64,000 bases of DNA from Minisyncoccota bacterium (GCA_041917695.1 JAYRXE010000037.1:536173-600172), one strand, 5' to 3'. Positions 39,440-49,306 are shown, numbered from the stretch's first letter. Made by a program: numbers and translations. Notes: generated by a model from the sequence alone, not told the origin.

Positions 39440-40870
39440 ATGAAAACGATATGTGCTTTAACTCTATTCATCCTGGGAAATCTTCTTTTTTCCCAGCCGT
39501 ATACGCTCGTTCCCGAGTGGAGCAAAAACTTCACCCTGGGCGGGAACTCGGATGATTTTAAAGGAGTCGTCGTGAACAACGCTGATTTCAGCGTTTTCGT
39601 AAACGGTAATATCAGCACCACGGGATTTTCCTCCAGTGGGTTGGTAAAGCTTTCGCCTGTTGGAGATTCATTATGGGCCGTAACAGACAGCATAAATTCC
39701 ACAAGCTCCAATTCTCAGCAAATGATATATCACGAAGCTAGCGGAAAAACATTTTATGTTTCAAACGGCACCCAGTATTACCTTATTTCTCGAAATAAGG
39801 ATACGCGCGCGATTGAAAACATAGTTGCCTTCCCTACTCTGATCCACCTTGGCGACTACGGAGACTCATTGGTTGCAATCACCCATGAATCAAACGGCAA
39901 GATTCTTATCCTTGATGCCAACGGCGCCACAAAGCGGCAGTTCAACCTGGGCTATAACACCAACGTGGGAACCTTCACGCTTCGCGTGTGCGGTACTCAT
40001 CTCTGGATTATCGGCCTTCAGAACACTCAAACCGGTTTCTGCGCCAAGTACAACCTTTTTACCGGCCAGGAATTATGGAGGGTAAGCGTGCCTCGCCTCA
40101 TCCGCCCCTTCGGCGATGTTGACTCGCTTGGAAACGCATACCTCGGCGGAAGCAGGACTGACACCTTGAATGCGGCAGTGCTGAGATACAAGTGCATGAA
40201 GCTCAGTCCTTCGGGAGCGATCCTGTGGGATAAGGAAGCCTTGGTAAACCTTACCGACGCTGCCAATAACAACAACTGGGTGAACGGCGTTGCCGTATCG
40301 CTCCAGAAAAACGTTGTGGTCTTGGTCGGCGAAGCCGGAAAGGACAGTTTGGTGAACGACGGAAAGCGCGCCGGATACATCCGCATATTGAACATCACCA
40401 ATGGAGATTCAGTCCTTGCCATGAAGGTGTACATAAACCCCGTGGCCGGTTGGAATCAAATCCAGGGCGTGACGTTCGATATATATGGAAAGATGTATGT
40501 GGTCGGAAAGACCCGAGACGTCCTCTTGAACCCGGACAACACCGGTTTCGTCAGGAAGCTCAGGATTGATTCCCTCACGGGAATCAATGACCCCAGCGAG
40601 AATGCGGAAACATTCTCACTTGCCCAGAACTATCCGAACCCGTTCAATCCTACGACCACCATCCGCTTCTCAATTCCGAAGAAATCAGCCGTGAAGATAA
40701 CGGTATTCGATATCTTAGGCAAAGAAATCGCGATAGTGGCACAGAAAGAATATGGCAGAGGCGTTCATGAGCTCGGTTTTGACGGCTCAAATCTTTCAAG
40801 CGGCATCTACTTTTACCGCCTGGAAGCCGACGGCTTCAGCGAAACCAAAAAAATGATTCTCGTGAAGTAG
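39440..40870 (+). CDS. secreted beta-propeller-like protein with T9SS (Por) type-A C-terminal sorting domain
   Basis: Signal peptide; C-terminus AQNYPNPFNPTTTIRFSIPKKSAVKITVFDILGKEIAIVAQKEYGRGVHELGFDGSNLSSGIYFYRLEADGFSETKKMILVK; AT-rich. Confidence 0.65.
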   Translation: MKTICALTLFILGNLLFSQPYTLVPEWSKNFTLGGNSDDFKGVVVNNADFSVFVNGNISTTGFSSSGLVKLSPVGDSLWAVTDSINSTSSNSQQMIYHEASGKTFYVSNGTQYYLISRNKDTRAIENIVAFPTLIHLGDYGDSLVAITHESNGKILILDANGATKRQFNLGYNTNVGTFTLRVCGTHLWIIGLQNTQTGFCAKYNLFTGQELWRVSVPRLIRPFGDVDSLGNAYLGGSRTDTLNAAVLRYKCMKLSPSGAILWDKEALVNLTDAANNNNWVNGVAVSLQKNVVVLVGEAGKDSLVNDGKRAGYIRILNITNGDSVLAMKVYINPVAGWNQIQGVTFDIYGKMYVVGKTRDVLLNPDNTGFVRKLRIDSLTGINDPSENAETFSLAQNYPNPFNPTTTIRFSIPKKSAVKITVFDILGKEIAIVAQKEYGRGVHELGFDGSNLSSGIYFYRLEADGFSETKKMILVK

Positions 40871-40923
40871 TAACGCACTTCTCAAAGAGTTATTGGGGCG
40901 GTATCGCCGTTCCGCAATAATCT

Positions 40924-40949
40924 TATCCCCGCGACCTGCGGGGATTTTT
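40924..40949 (+). terminator. intrinsic terminator
   Basis: atccccgcg-acct-gcggggat followed by tttttatt. Confidence 0.6.
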
Positions 40950-40975
40950 TATTTCGCTCGGGCGCGTTTGATATA

Positions 40976-41467
40976 ATGAACCTAATGGAACCACAGAAAA
41001 ACAACGTGTTGCCGTTAGTGCTCCTCGCCGTCGGCATCATCCTCGGCTTCGCCGGAGGATATTTTTTGGGGACGAAGGCCCCGAAGGAAGAAGCGCGCAA
41101 TGCGAATCTTCAGGAACTCGTCGACGCGGCATACCCGAAACCGCCGGAGGATATCCGCACCGTGAACGCGAAGATCACGAAAATAGACGGAACGCGCATC
41201 GAGTTTGAAACCAACGATCCGGAGGATTATCTCCCGCACTCGGACGGTTCGGCGCCGTACACCATGACGCGCGTCGCCCGCGTAACGGACGCGACTGAGA
41301 TCTGGCTTCTTTCACCGACGAAAATCGATGCGAACGGGAACGTATCGAAGAAAAAACTTAAAATCACGGATTTGAAGGCCGGGGAGATGGTCGCCATCAC
41401 GGCTTCCGAAAACGTGCGCACCGCGAAAGAATTCGACACGCTCCTCATCGAGAAAGTCGAATACTAA
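40976..41467 (+). CDS. membrane-anchored hypothetical protein
   Basis: Single N-terminal TM; 163 aa. Confidence 0.45.
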   Translation: MNLMEPQKNNVLPLVLLAVGIILGFAGGYFLGTKAPKEEARNANLQELVDAAYPKPPEDIRTVNAKITKIDGTRIEFETNDPEDYLPHSDGSAPYTMTRVARVTDATEIWLLSPTKIDANGNVSKKKLKITDLKAGEMVAITASENVRTAKEFDTLLIEKVEY

Positions 41468-41487
41468 AGAAAAGCGGCAAAACCTTA

Positions 41488-41514
41488 AAACCTCCCGTTT
41501 CGGGAGGTTTTTTG
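41488..41514 (+). terminator. intrinsic terminator
   Basis: aaacctcccg-tttc-gggaggtttttt. Confidence 0.6.
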
Positions 41515-41548
41515 ACTGCCCTCCCCCGGCGTGCTAAAAAGCATACAT

Positions 41549-42139
41549 ATGAACCTCATTCCAACCGTCATCGAAAAGACCAATTACGGCGAACGCGCCT
41601 ACGACATCTACTCGCGCCTTTTAAAGGAACGCATCATCTTTTTGGGCGGTCCGGTGGACGACCATACGGCAAACAGCGTCATCGCCCAGCTCCTTTTCCT
41701 TGACAACGAAGATTCCAAAAAGGACATCAAGCTCTATATCAACTCCCCCGGCGGGTCGGTGACGGCGGGTCTCGCCATCTACGACACCATGCAGCACGTG
41801 AAGGCGCCGGTCTCGACCATCTGCGTCGGCATGGCAGCATCGATGGCGGCAGTGCTCCTTTCCGCCGGCGCGAAAGACAAACGCTTCGCCCTGCCGAATT
41901 CGGAAATCCTCCTCCACCAGGTCATGGGCGGCGCAGAAGGCCAGGCGACGGAAATCGAGATCACCGCCCGGCATATCTTGAAGATCCGCGAGCGTTTGAA
42001 CCAAATCCTCGTGAAACACACGGGCCAAAAGCTCGCGAAAATCGAGAAGGACACGGACCGCGATTTCTGGCTCTCGGCCGACGAAGCGAAAGATTACGGC
42101 GTCGTTGATACCATTCTGAAGCCTCACGGAAGGAGATAA
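41549..42139 (+). CDS. clpP: ATP-dependent Clp protease proteolytic subunit
   Basis: Catalytic Ser context [11 protein letters not shown], His in HQVMGG, Asp later; start MNLIPT (alternative 41531). Confidence 0.9.
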   Translation: MNLIPTVIEKTNYGERAYDIYSRLLKERIIFLGGPVDDHTANSVIAQLLFLDNEDSKKDIKLYINSPGGSVTAGLAIYDTMQHVKAPVSTICVGMAASMAAVLLSAGAKDKRFALPNSEILLHQVMGGAEGQATEIEITARHILKIRERLNQILVKHTGQKLAKIEKDTDRDFWLSADEAKDYGVVDTILKPHGRR

Positions 42140-42217
42140 GGACGAGGTATTCGCAAAAGCTCCGCTCCGCGCGGGGCTTTTGTTTTAAGCCGAAAGAATT
42201 AGAATAAGACTCATACT

Positions 42218-43354
42218 ATGGCGCATACCGAAATACTCTCCCGCGGCGTCGAAAACGTGCTCGTCCGCGAGAGCCTTGAAAAGAAACTTGCCTCCGGCAA
42301 AAGGCTCCGCGTAAAATTCGGCATCGATCCGACCTCCCCCGACATCCACTTCGGGCATGCGGTCGCGCTCCGCAAACTCCGCGAGTTCCAGGACGCGGGC
42401 CACACCGCCGTGCTTATCATCGGCGACTTCACCGCACAAATCGGCGATCCGTCGGGCCGGAACAAGGAACGCCCCCCGCTTTCAGAGCGCGAGATCAAAG
42501 CGAACATGAAGCGCTATCTCGAGGACGCGGGAAAGATCGTGAACGTCAAAAAAGCCGAAATCCACAAAAACAGCGAGTGGCACAGAAAGATGGGCTTCGC
42601 GGAGCTTGCGCGCATCATGGCCGATTTCACCGCCCAGCAGATTATCGAGCGGGAAGACTTCAAGGCGCGCCTCAAGGAACAGCGACCGCTGTGGATGCAC
42701 GAACTCCTCTACCCCGCCCTCCAGGCCTACGACTCAGTCGCCGTGAAGGCGGATCTTGAAATCGGCGGGACAGACCAGACCTTCAACCTCCTTGCCGGGC
42801 GGCACTTGATGGAGAAGCGTGGCCTCGTTCCGCAGGATATTCTGACCACCCCCCTCCTTGAAGGGACGGATGGCGTGAAAAAGATGTCGAAGAGCGCCGG
42901 GAACTACATCGCCCTCGGCGATTCGCCGACGGATATTTTCGGGAAGACCATGTCGGTTCCCGATTCCCTCGTTGCGAAATATTTCTTGCTCCTCACCGAT
43001 AAGGGTGCGCCATCGGAAGATCCGTATCAGGCGAAGCTCGCTCTTGCCGAAACCCTGGTACGTATCGCGTACGGCGAAGCAAAAGCGAAGCGGGCGCGGG
43101 AGGAATTCAAGCAAACCTTCTCGCAACAGGGGGTTCCAACGGACATGCCCGAACTGAAACTCCCGAAAAAGGCGAAGCTTACGGAAGCCCTCCTTATCTC
43201 GGGCATTGCTTCAAAAAGCGAGGCGCGGCGACTTATCGAGCAGAACGCCGTCCAATTGAACCAAGAGACGATGCCGAGCGACGAAGAAATCATCTTCTCC
43301 TCCGGGGATATCCTGAAGGTGGGGAAGAAAAAATTCTTCAAAGTGAAAATATAA
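42218..43354 (+). CDS. tyrS: tyrosine--tRNA ligase
   Basis: HIGH-region GIDPTSPDIHFGH, KMSKS, C-terminal S4 domain. Confidence 0.85.
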   Translation: MAHTEILSRGVENVLVRESLEKKLASGKRLRVKFGIDPTSPDIHFGHAVALRKLREFQDAGHTAVLIIGDFTAQIGDPSGRNKERPPLSEREIKANMKRYLEDAGKIVNVKKAEIHKNSEWHRKMGFAELARIMADFTAQQIIEREDFKARLKEQRPLWMHELLYPALQAYDSVAVKADLEIGGTDQTFNLLAGRHLMEKRGLVPQDILTTPLLEGTDGVKKMSKSAGNYIALGDSPTDIFGKTMSVPDSLVAKYFLLLTDKGAPSEDPYQAKLALAETLVRIAYGEAKAKRAREEFKQTFSQQGVPTDMPELKLPKKAKLTEALLISGIASKSEARRLIEQNAVQLNQETMPSDEEIIFSSGDILKVGKKKFFKVKI

Positions 43355-43377
43355 AACCCCGCATACGCGGGGTTTTT
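43354..43377. terminator. bidirectional intrinsic terminator
   Basis: aaaaccccgc-atac-gcggggttttt. Confidence 0.6.
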
Positions 43378-43380
43378 AAA

Positions 43381-43983
43381 TTACGTGAGTCGTAAAGCGG
43401 TAGCTTTCTTTTTTCTTTTTTTCAGAAACTCGTGATAGAACAAACCAATCATCCAACAAGCGGCGATGAAGATAATTTCAAACGCGAGATAGATGCCAAG
43501 TTTCATTACAGACTTTTTTTCATAGATGCGTTGATGGATAATACCGTTTTCAAGCCATGGATCGCTTCTTTTTTCATGTTCAAGAAATAAGTAATTTGCA
43601 ACATCAGGGTATGAAACCCATGCCTTGAAGATATCCGGGCTATGTGGTTGCCTCCCCCATATTTGTCCGACCCGGTCCCCCGTAGCGATCCAAAGCGTCT
43701 CAAAAGGGCCTTCCTTCAAGAAATCCTCAAAGGAATTCAATGATATTTCGGAAATAGCATCCCCGTTTAATGCAAACACTTTGACGGACCGAGGATAACT
43801 ACTGGAGCCAATCTCTACGGCATTTTGGCTTGAAAATGGATCTTTCCCCAGCACTACCTCCTTGGCATCCACGTTAACCGTAACCGTTATTTCATCTTCC
43901 GGCGCCGTGAAAAAAAGGAAAAAAGTGCTTCCTGCCATGAGGCTGAAAACCACCGCAGAAATGATTATGGCTGCTTTCTTCAT
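43381..43983 (-). CDS. membrane protein (N- and C-terminal TM), unknown function
   Basis: 200-aa ORF with signal/TM segments. Confidence 0.45.
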   Translation of the reverse strand: MKKAAIIISAVVFSLMAGSTFFLFFTAPEDEITVTVNVDAKEVVLGKDPFSSQNAVEIGSSSYPRSVKVFALNGDAISEISLNSFEDFLKEGPFETLWIATGDRVGQIWGRQPHSPDIFKAWVSYPDVANYLFLEHEKRSDPWLENGIIHQRIYEKKSVMKLGIYLAFEIIFIAACWMIGLFYHEFLKKRKKKATALRLT

Positions 43984-44077
43984 GCGAACCTCCCTAATTT
44001 ATTTAAAAGTTAATGATTGCTACCCCGAAAAATACAAGGAATATTAGGATACGTCAAGATAACATGCGCGCACGAAC

Positions 44078-44106
44078 AAAAACGCCCTTATCGGGCGCTT
44101 TTGTTT
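44078..44106 (-). terminator. intrinsic terminator downstream of tRNA-Gly
   Basis: aaaacgccc-ttat-cgggcgcttttgtttt. Confidence 0.55.
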
Positions 44107-44109
44107 TAG

Positions 44110-44180
44110 TGCGGGCAAGGAGAATCGAACTCCTACATTCTCGTTGGCAACGAGATAGTCTACCATTAACTTATGCCCGC
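44110..44180 (-). tRNA. tRNA-Gly (GCC)
   Basis: Acceptor GCGGGCA/UGCCCGC, anticodon loop UUGCCAA, T-loop UUCGAUU. Confidence 0.8.
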
Positions 44181-44224
44181 CCGAACTCTCATGAGTGTAC
44201 GGGAAAGGCCTTTTCTCTTCAAGT

Positions 44225-44413
44225 CTAATACGCCGGCGGCTGGCTCGTCGGGCCTTCCGCATAGGGAGCGGAAGTCGGTCCCTGGAAATTCACCGTCGGG
44301 GCATTCGCCGGAGCCTGGAATATCGCGAAGAGTCCTCCGAGGAGGATGACGATAAGCACGAGCGCCACGACGAGGATCATGAGGATTTTATGATGCGTAC
44401 CCATTTCCCTCAT
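44225..44413 (-). CDS. small membrane protein (62 aa)
   Basis: One TM helix and a Pro-rich tail; low confidence. Confidence 0.3.
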   Translation of the reverse strand: MREMGTHHKILMILVVALVLIVILLGGLFAIFQAPANAPTVNFQGPTSAPYAEGPTSQPPAY

Positions 44414-44459
44414 TATACCAAAAACTCTCCCCCGCCATGGCGGAGGAGAGTTTTTTTAT

Positions 44460-45350
44460 TTAGGCCTTGGGGAAATCCGCGCGGAGCGTCTTTAGCGCCG
44501 CCTGCACTTTTTTCCTGAATTCCTCGTTTATCCGCTGGAGCGCGGCTTTCCGGTCGGCGGAAAGGGCGGGTACGGAGATTTTCGCTTTTTCAATCGTCTG
44601 CCGGTCGCTCAAAAATTTGTCTTTCGCATTTTTGATGGAAAGACGATACACGTCGCGGATGCCCGCGGCGCGGGCGGGGTTTGCCGTACAATCCGCGATA
44701 GCTTTTGCGGAAGCGGCGGCAAGCGCTTGTTTGTACGCCGAGACTGCGGCTTCGAGTTTCGCCTTGCGCTCGGCGTTCGCGCGTTCCGCCTCAGCCTTGA
44801 AAGAGGCTGCGATTGCGTCTATAGCCGTGCGGCGCTCGCGAAGGGCCGAGTCGATGGCGCCTTTGAAAACGGCCACAGCCGCCTTTTCGCGGTCGGTTGC
44901 CGCGCGGGCCTCAAGCGCTTTCACGCTTGCAGAGAGGTTTTCATCCCAGGCATCCCGGCGGCTTATGCGGGCGGCCTCGGCTTCGCTCTCCTTCCCCTCC
45001 CGTTCGCCTTGCTTTTCAATTTTCTTTTCGAAAAGCTCCGCTTCTTTTGAAGCAATCTTTGCGTCCATGTCCGCAGACGCCGTCGCAATACGGGCGCAAA
45101 AAACTCCGTTCTTCATCTGGCTGTCATCCCCCAAAACCGGGCGCAGAGGCTTTAACGGTTCATTCGTCGAGGATGCGGTCGGATTTTGGGAGCCGAGCAA
45201 AAGTTCCTGGATGCGTTGCGGAATGCCGAGTACGCCTCCTCCGCCCGCCCCTATGCCTCCTCCGCCCAAAAGTTGCGCTGACGCAAGCGGGGCGCTAACG
45301 GCGCCGACTAAAAGAACTGCAATAAAAATGTTAAATTTGGTTTTCATCAT
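44460..45350 (-). CDS. secreted coiled-coil, Ala/Lys/Glu-rich protein
   Basis: Signal peptide, Gly-rich linker, long coiled-coil; downstream of an ECF sigma/anti-sigma pair. Confidence 0.5.
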   Translation of the reverse strand: MMKTKFNIFIAVLLVGAVSAPLASAQLLGGGGIGAGGGGVLGIPQRIQELLLGSQNPTASSTNEPLKPLRPVLGDDSQMKNGVFCARIATASADMDAKIASKEAELFEKKIEKQGEREGKESEAEAARISRRDAWDENLSASVKALEARAATDREKAAVAVFKGAIDSALRERRTAIDAIAASFKAEAERANAERKAKLEAAVSAYKQALAAASAKAIADCTANPARAAGIRDVYRLSIKNAKDKFLSDRQTIEKAKISVPALSADRKAALQRINEEFRKKVQAALKTLRADFPKA

Positions 45351-45924
45351 AGGTCATTTCATCAAGGGTCTGTGAATCGCGGGCCGCCGACGATGCAGCC
45401 TCGTCCATCTGCGAGGAGAGCGAGGCGTTCTCTTCTTCCATCTGCGTGAACATGGCCGTAACGATGTCCTCCGCCTTGCCGCTCGCCGTCGGAAGCGGAG
45501 CAACGGCCTGCTTGCCGGTCTTATTCGCGTCCATCCATGCTCCTTCCGATTGAGTCTCGACCGTAGAGGCATTCGGCAATGCGGCGGTATCTTTCGGCGC
45601 GGAATGCCGGTAATTCAAAAAAGCGAACGCGAGAGCCGCGAAGGCAAGCGCCGGCACCGCCATGCGCCACGAAAAAGGCTTCGCGCTTACAAGGGCCGGC
45701 TTCGCCACAAAACGGCCCGGAGCTTCAATATGCCGAAGCACGTTTCTGAACGCGGCTTCCGAAGGAACCGCTTCTTCTTTCGCTTCACGGAGCGTCACAA
45801 AAACGCGCTCCACCTCTTCGAATTCTTCCGGAGAATCGGAAAAACGCGCCTTTAACGCGCTGAGGGGCGCGTCCTCGTCCGCCGCGCGGAGAACTTCCTC
45901 AAAGATATCTTTTTTCTTAGGCAT
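45331..45924 (-). CDS. putative anti-sigma factor (single TM)
   Basis: 8-bp overlap with the ECF sigma gene; cytoplasmic N-terminal domain, TM, extracytoplasmic tail. Confidence 0.5.
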   Translation of the reverse strand: MPKKKDIFEEVLRAADEDAPLSALKARFSDSPEEFEEVERVFVTLREAKEEAVPSEAAFRNVLRHIEAPGRFVAKPALVSAKPFSWRMAVPALAFAALAFAFLNYRHSAPKDTAALPNASTVETQSEGAWMDANKTGKQAVAPLPTASGKAEDIVTAMFTQMEEENASLSSQMDEAASSAARDSQTLDEMTYDENQI

Positions 45925-46525
45925 GGTGTTTCAATTTTTTCTGCAACATCCTTAATCCTCGGCTTTGGAGCTGCCGCACGGCTTCTTCGGACTTTCCCAT
46001 GACGGCGGATATTTCCTTCGTCGAAAGCTCTCCGAAAAAGCGGAGGGAAATGGCTTCCTGCTGATCGTTCGAAAGCACATGCATCGCTTCACGGACCACG
46101 TCGGTCATCATATTGCGGTCCGCCTTTTCGGTATGGCTTTCGTGTTCGTCAGCCGCATCGAATGCGGCCCCGTCCGGGACTTCCATTTCTGAAAATACGC
46201 TTTCGCGTTTTTTGCGGTGGAAGTCGATAAGGGCATTTCTTGCTACGGAGAAGAAATAACACAGAGGTTCTTCGTGTATTTCAAAACGCTCAAGGCTCGC
46301 ATATACCTTAACGAATACCGTTTGGGCGATGTCTTCGGCATCCGCCTTCGACCGGCTCCGTAAAAACAGGTATCGGTAGACGGGGGTGTAGTATATCTCA
46401 TACAACGCGCCGAATGCGCCTTCATCCCCTTCCTTGGCCCTCCGTAGCAATTCCCGAGGGTCTTTTTTTCCGGCGTTATGCCTGTTTTCGTTCATTAATA
46501 CGGTTAAAGAGTGGGGGTGTGACAT
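45917..46525 (-). CDS. RNA polymerase sigma-70 factor, ECF subfamily
   Basis: Region 2 (DIAQTVFVKVY) and region 4 (LSTKEISAVMGKSEEAVRQLQSRGLRML). Confidence 0.8.
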   Translation of the reverse strand: MSHPHSLTVLMNENRHNAGKKDPRELLRRAKEGDEGAFGALYEIYYTPVYRYLFLRSRSKADAEDIAQTVFVKVYASLERFEIHEEPLCYFFSVARNALIDFHRKKRESVFSEMEVPDGAAFDAADEHESHTEKADRNMMTDVVREAMHVLSNDQQEAISLRFFGELSTKEISAVMGKSEEAVRQLQSRGLRMLQKKLKHHA

Positions 46526-46587
46526 CCCCTTCCTCGTTCCTTAGTAAGTCTACCAGAAAGAGGAGGGTTTTGCTCCCGAGCGAACAA

Positions 46588-46612
46588 AAACACCCGTTCC
46601 GGGTGTTTTTGT
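46588..46612 (-). terminator. intrinsic terminator downstream of tRNA-Arg
   Basis: aaaaacacccg-ttcc-gggtgttttt. Confidence 0.55.
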
Positions 46613-46617
46613 TTTAG

Positions 46618-46689
46618 TGCCCTCGTGAGGAGTCGAACCTCAATTACAAGATCCGCAATCTTGCGTCCTATCCATTGAACGACGAGGGC
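46618..46689 (-). tRNA. tRNA-Arg, anticodon GCG as folded manually (unusual; needs tool confirmation)
   Basis: Acceptor GCCCUCG/CGAGGGC, anticodon stem CAAGA/UCUUG with loop UUGCGGA, T-arm UGAGG-UUCGACU-CCUCA. Confidence 0.6.
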
Positions 46690-46739
46690 GTGAAATGAAC
46701 GCTTTTCAGAATAAAGGCAATCGCTAAAAAAATAAAGCC

Positions 46740-47273
46740 TTACCCACGGCGGATGGCCGCCCTCGATATATCGATCGTCCCCCGATACAAGATGTGCGGG
46801 ACGAATACAAACCACAAAAGTTTCTTATCGTTCTTCAGCCGGAATTTGAAATACTCGCGCGTCGCCTCGGGCAACGTCGCGTAGCGTTCAAGCGATTCGG
46901 GATTATACGGAATAAAATCCTCCGGGTGCATTTCGCGGTCTTCCGGTGGACGCGGCGGATAGAGATAGACCATTGCTTTCTCCGGGTCCAACTGGTGCGG
47001 GTCTATTTCGTAGTAATCGAATTCGCGGAGATGCGGAGCGCCAAGTTCCGCGAGGGTTCGCTTGATTATCGCCGGGTCGAGAACGGTGAGGAAAAGGACG
47101 TCATTCCACAAACAATCCCATCCCGGTATGCGTTGTGCGGTAACATGTTCGCGTCCTTCGTACTTTCCGTACGCCTCCCGGTAAATATCCGGGTACACCT
47201 CCTTCATGGCGTTCAGGGGGTACAAGACGTTCCCGCGCATGTTCGGCGGGACGAAATGATAGAGTTTTGCCAT
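46740..47273 (-). CDS. conserved hypothetical protein
   Basis: 177-aa ORF with coding-like composition; no motif recognised. Confidence 0.45.
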   Translation of the reverse strand: MAKLYHFVPPNMRGNVLYPLNAMKEVYPDIYREAYGKYEGREHVTAQRIPGWDCLWNDVLFLTVLDPAIIKRTLAELGAPHLREFDYYEIDPHQLDPEKAMVYLYPPRPPEDREMHPEDFIPYNPESLERYATLPEATREYFKFRLKNDKKLLWFVFVPHILYRGTIDISRAAIRRG

Positions 47274-47885
47274 TTAAAACCCGATGCGTTCCGCGATGAT
47301 TTCCGCCAAGGTCTCCTCGTGCTCCTCTTCGGGCAAGTACTGCATGAGGAAGTCCCGCGCGACGACGGCGAGCTTGTCGTCAATCGGCAGATGGATGAAG
47401 GGGCTGATCTTCGAATTCCGGCGGAAGACGAGTTCGTCGAGGAAACCGAGGCGCTTCCGAATATGGAAACTCAAAAGCCCCTTGTAATCGGCGTACGGCT
47501 TCCCGTCTATCGAAAAGCCCGTGGCAGTCAATTCGTAATCGAGCGTGCGGGGCTTGCGCTTGCCGAACTCGACGACCAAAGCCGTCGCGATGGCGACAAA
47601 AACCGCAAAGAAAAAGTTTCTCTGCCACAAGGCGATGACAAGCAAGAGCGCCCCCGCGGCGATGATGCCCGTATACCACAGATAATCCTTTTCGATGTAG
47701 TGGAATTCAGCGGCGCGCCAGGAAATCGTTTTCCGGGCCGCATGCGGCAGCACCTCTATCTTGTGCAGGCCGGGCTGGTCCGCCGTCTCGCGTTTTATCG
47801 TGTGCACCGCGACGGAATGCGCCTTTTCCACGTGGATAGGAACGACCTCTCCGGTTTCGCGGTTCTTCTTTTTGGTGCGGACCAT
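47274..47885 (-). CDS. membrane protein, unknown function
   Basis: Two central TM helices; abuts the upstream gene. Confidence 0.45.
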   Translation of the reverse strand: MVRTKKKNRETGEVVPIHVEKAHSVAVHTIKRETADQPGLHKIEVLPHAARKTISWRAAEFHYIEKDYLWYTGIIAAGALLLVIALWQRNFFFAVFVAIATALVVEFGKRKPRTLDYELTATGFSIDGKPYADYKGLLSFHIRKRLGFLDELVFRRNSKISPFIHLPIDDKLAVVARDFLMQYLPEEEHEETLAEIIAERIGF

Positions 47886-47957
47886 ACGTGCGTTTATTAT
47901 ACCACGCGTTTCCTACGGCGGGGAAAATAAAATGCAGCCTTTACGGCTGCATTCGCG

Positions 47958-49145
47958 TTACTTCATTTCAAAATACCCCCCGCCAAACGTATAGCCTCCT
48001 CCGAAAGCGCAGAGTATGGCCTTTGTTCCGCTTTTTAGCATATCTCTTTCCCACGCCTCGCACATCAAAGTCGGAATGGTCGCGGACGTGGTATTCCCGT
48101 ACTGCTCGATATTGTTGATGACGATTCCCTTATACCCCGCCTTCACGAGACTGTCCGTAATCGCCTCATTCATCCGTAGATTCGCCTGATGGAAAAAGAA
48201 AATATCTATCTCCTCAAGCGTTTTACCGTTCTGATTCAATATCCGGGTGATCAAATCCCCTCCGGGAACTTTGGAGGCGCTGTTTGAAAAAACGAGCGGT
48301 ACGATATCCTTGAATACCTTTTTACCGTCCATCCACAGCTTGTGGAGCCACTGGTCCAACGCCTCGGGCGTCAGCGGATGCTTTGAACCGCCGTATTTTG
48401 CGATTATCTTCGCCCATTCGCTTCCCTGTACGCCGAAATAGAAAGATTCGGGCGTAAACCACGATTCCTCTTCGGAACACGCTTCAAGCACAATTGCTCC
48501 CGCCCCGTCTCCAAGCAACGGATAAAAATTCCGGTCATTGGGGTTCGTGGTGGTCGTCATCTTGTCCGCTCCGATAACAAGCACGCGTTTGCACAGTCCG
48601 CTTCGGATGAGCGCATACGCGCGTATCAAAGCGGTTACAAAGCTCGTGCATGCCGTCATGTTGTCGGAGCCGTAGAGCGTCTGAAGCGGATTCCCCGGAG
48701 AAATGCTCCGCCTTCCCAATTTCTCCGCAATCAGCGAAAAAGTCGGCGGCGAATACAGATAATCGGGGCTCACCGTTCCAAGCTCAATAAGGTCTATCTC
48801 ATCGATTGAAACATGTGCGTTCCGCAACGCCCGCTCCGCGGCGCATACTGCCAAATCGCTCGTGGCGATTCCTGCAGCGGCCTCACAGCGTTCGCGTATG
48901 CCGGTACGTTCCACAATCCATGCGTCTGAGGTGTCAAAATCCTTAAAAAATTTCTCGCGCTCGTTCATGAATTCTTCATCCGTAAGCTTCCGTTCATTCG
49001 TCATCTTCTCCATTTTTTTGGCGAAGATCGCCTCCCCGCGGTCGTGCAGTTCGGCCGAAAGGACGTCGTTCGTAAGGATACGTCCGGGAACTCCGTCATG
49101 CCCTGGAAATGCTTTGCCAAAACCGATAATGCGTACTCCTGTCAT
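47958..49145 (-). CDS. 3-oxoacyl-ACP synthase III (FabH) family / thiolase-fold condensing enzyme
   Basis: Active-site Cys context SDNMTACTSFVTAL, C-terminal GGGYTFGGGYFEM; longer than canonical FabH. Confidence 0.65.
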   Translation of the reverse strand: MTGVRIIGFGKAFPGHDGVPGRILTNDVLSAELHDRGEAIFAKKMEKMTNERKLTDEEFMNEREKFFKDFDTSDAWIVERTGIRERCEAAAGIATSDLAVCAAERALRNAHVSIDEIDLIELGTVSPDYLYSPPTFSLIAEKLGRRSISPGNPLQTLYGSDNMTACTSFVTALIRAYALIRSGLCKRVLVIGADKMTTTTNPNDRNFYPLLGDGAGAIVLEACSEEESWFTPESFYFGVQGSEWAKIIAKYGGSKHPLTPEALDQWLHKLWMDGKKVFKDIVPLVFSNSASKVPGGDLITRILNQNGKTLEEIDIFFFHQANLRMNEAITDSLVKAGYKGIVINNIEQYGNTTSATIPTLMCEAWERDMLKSGTKAILCAFGGGYTFGGGYFEMK

Positions 49146-49306
49146 AAGGAGCTCCTTTCTGTTTGGTTATGTTATTAATTGATTTTTACTGTCTCCGAGT
49201 GTAGGAGTTTTCCCTCCTAAATTCAACTTCTCCCTCGAGAGACGTCACGAATCGCTCCCCTTCGCGTCATAGTTCTAGAAAGGTCAAAAAACACACTATT
49301 TTCTCC

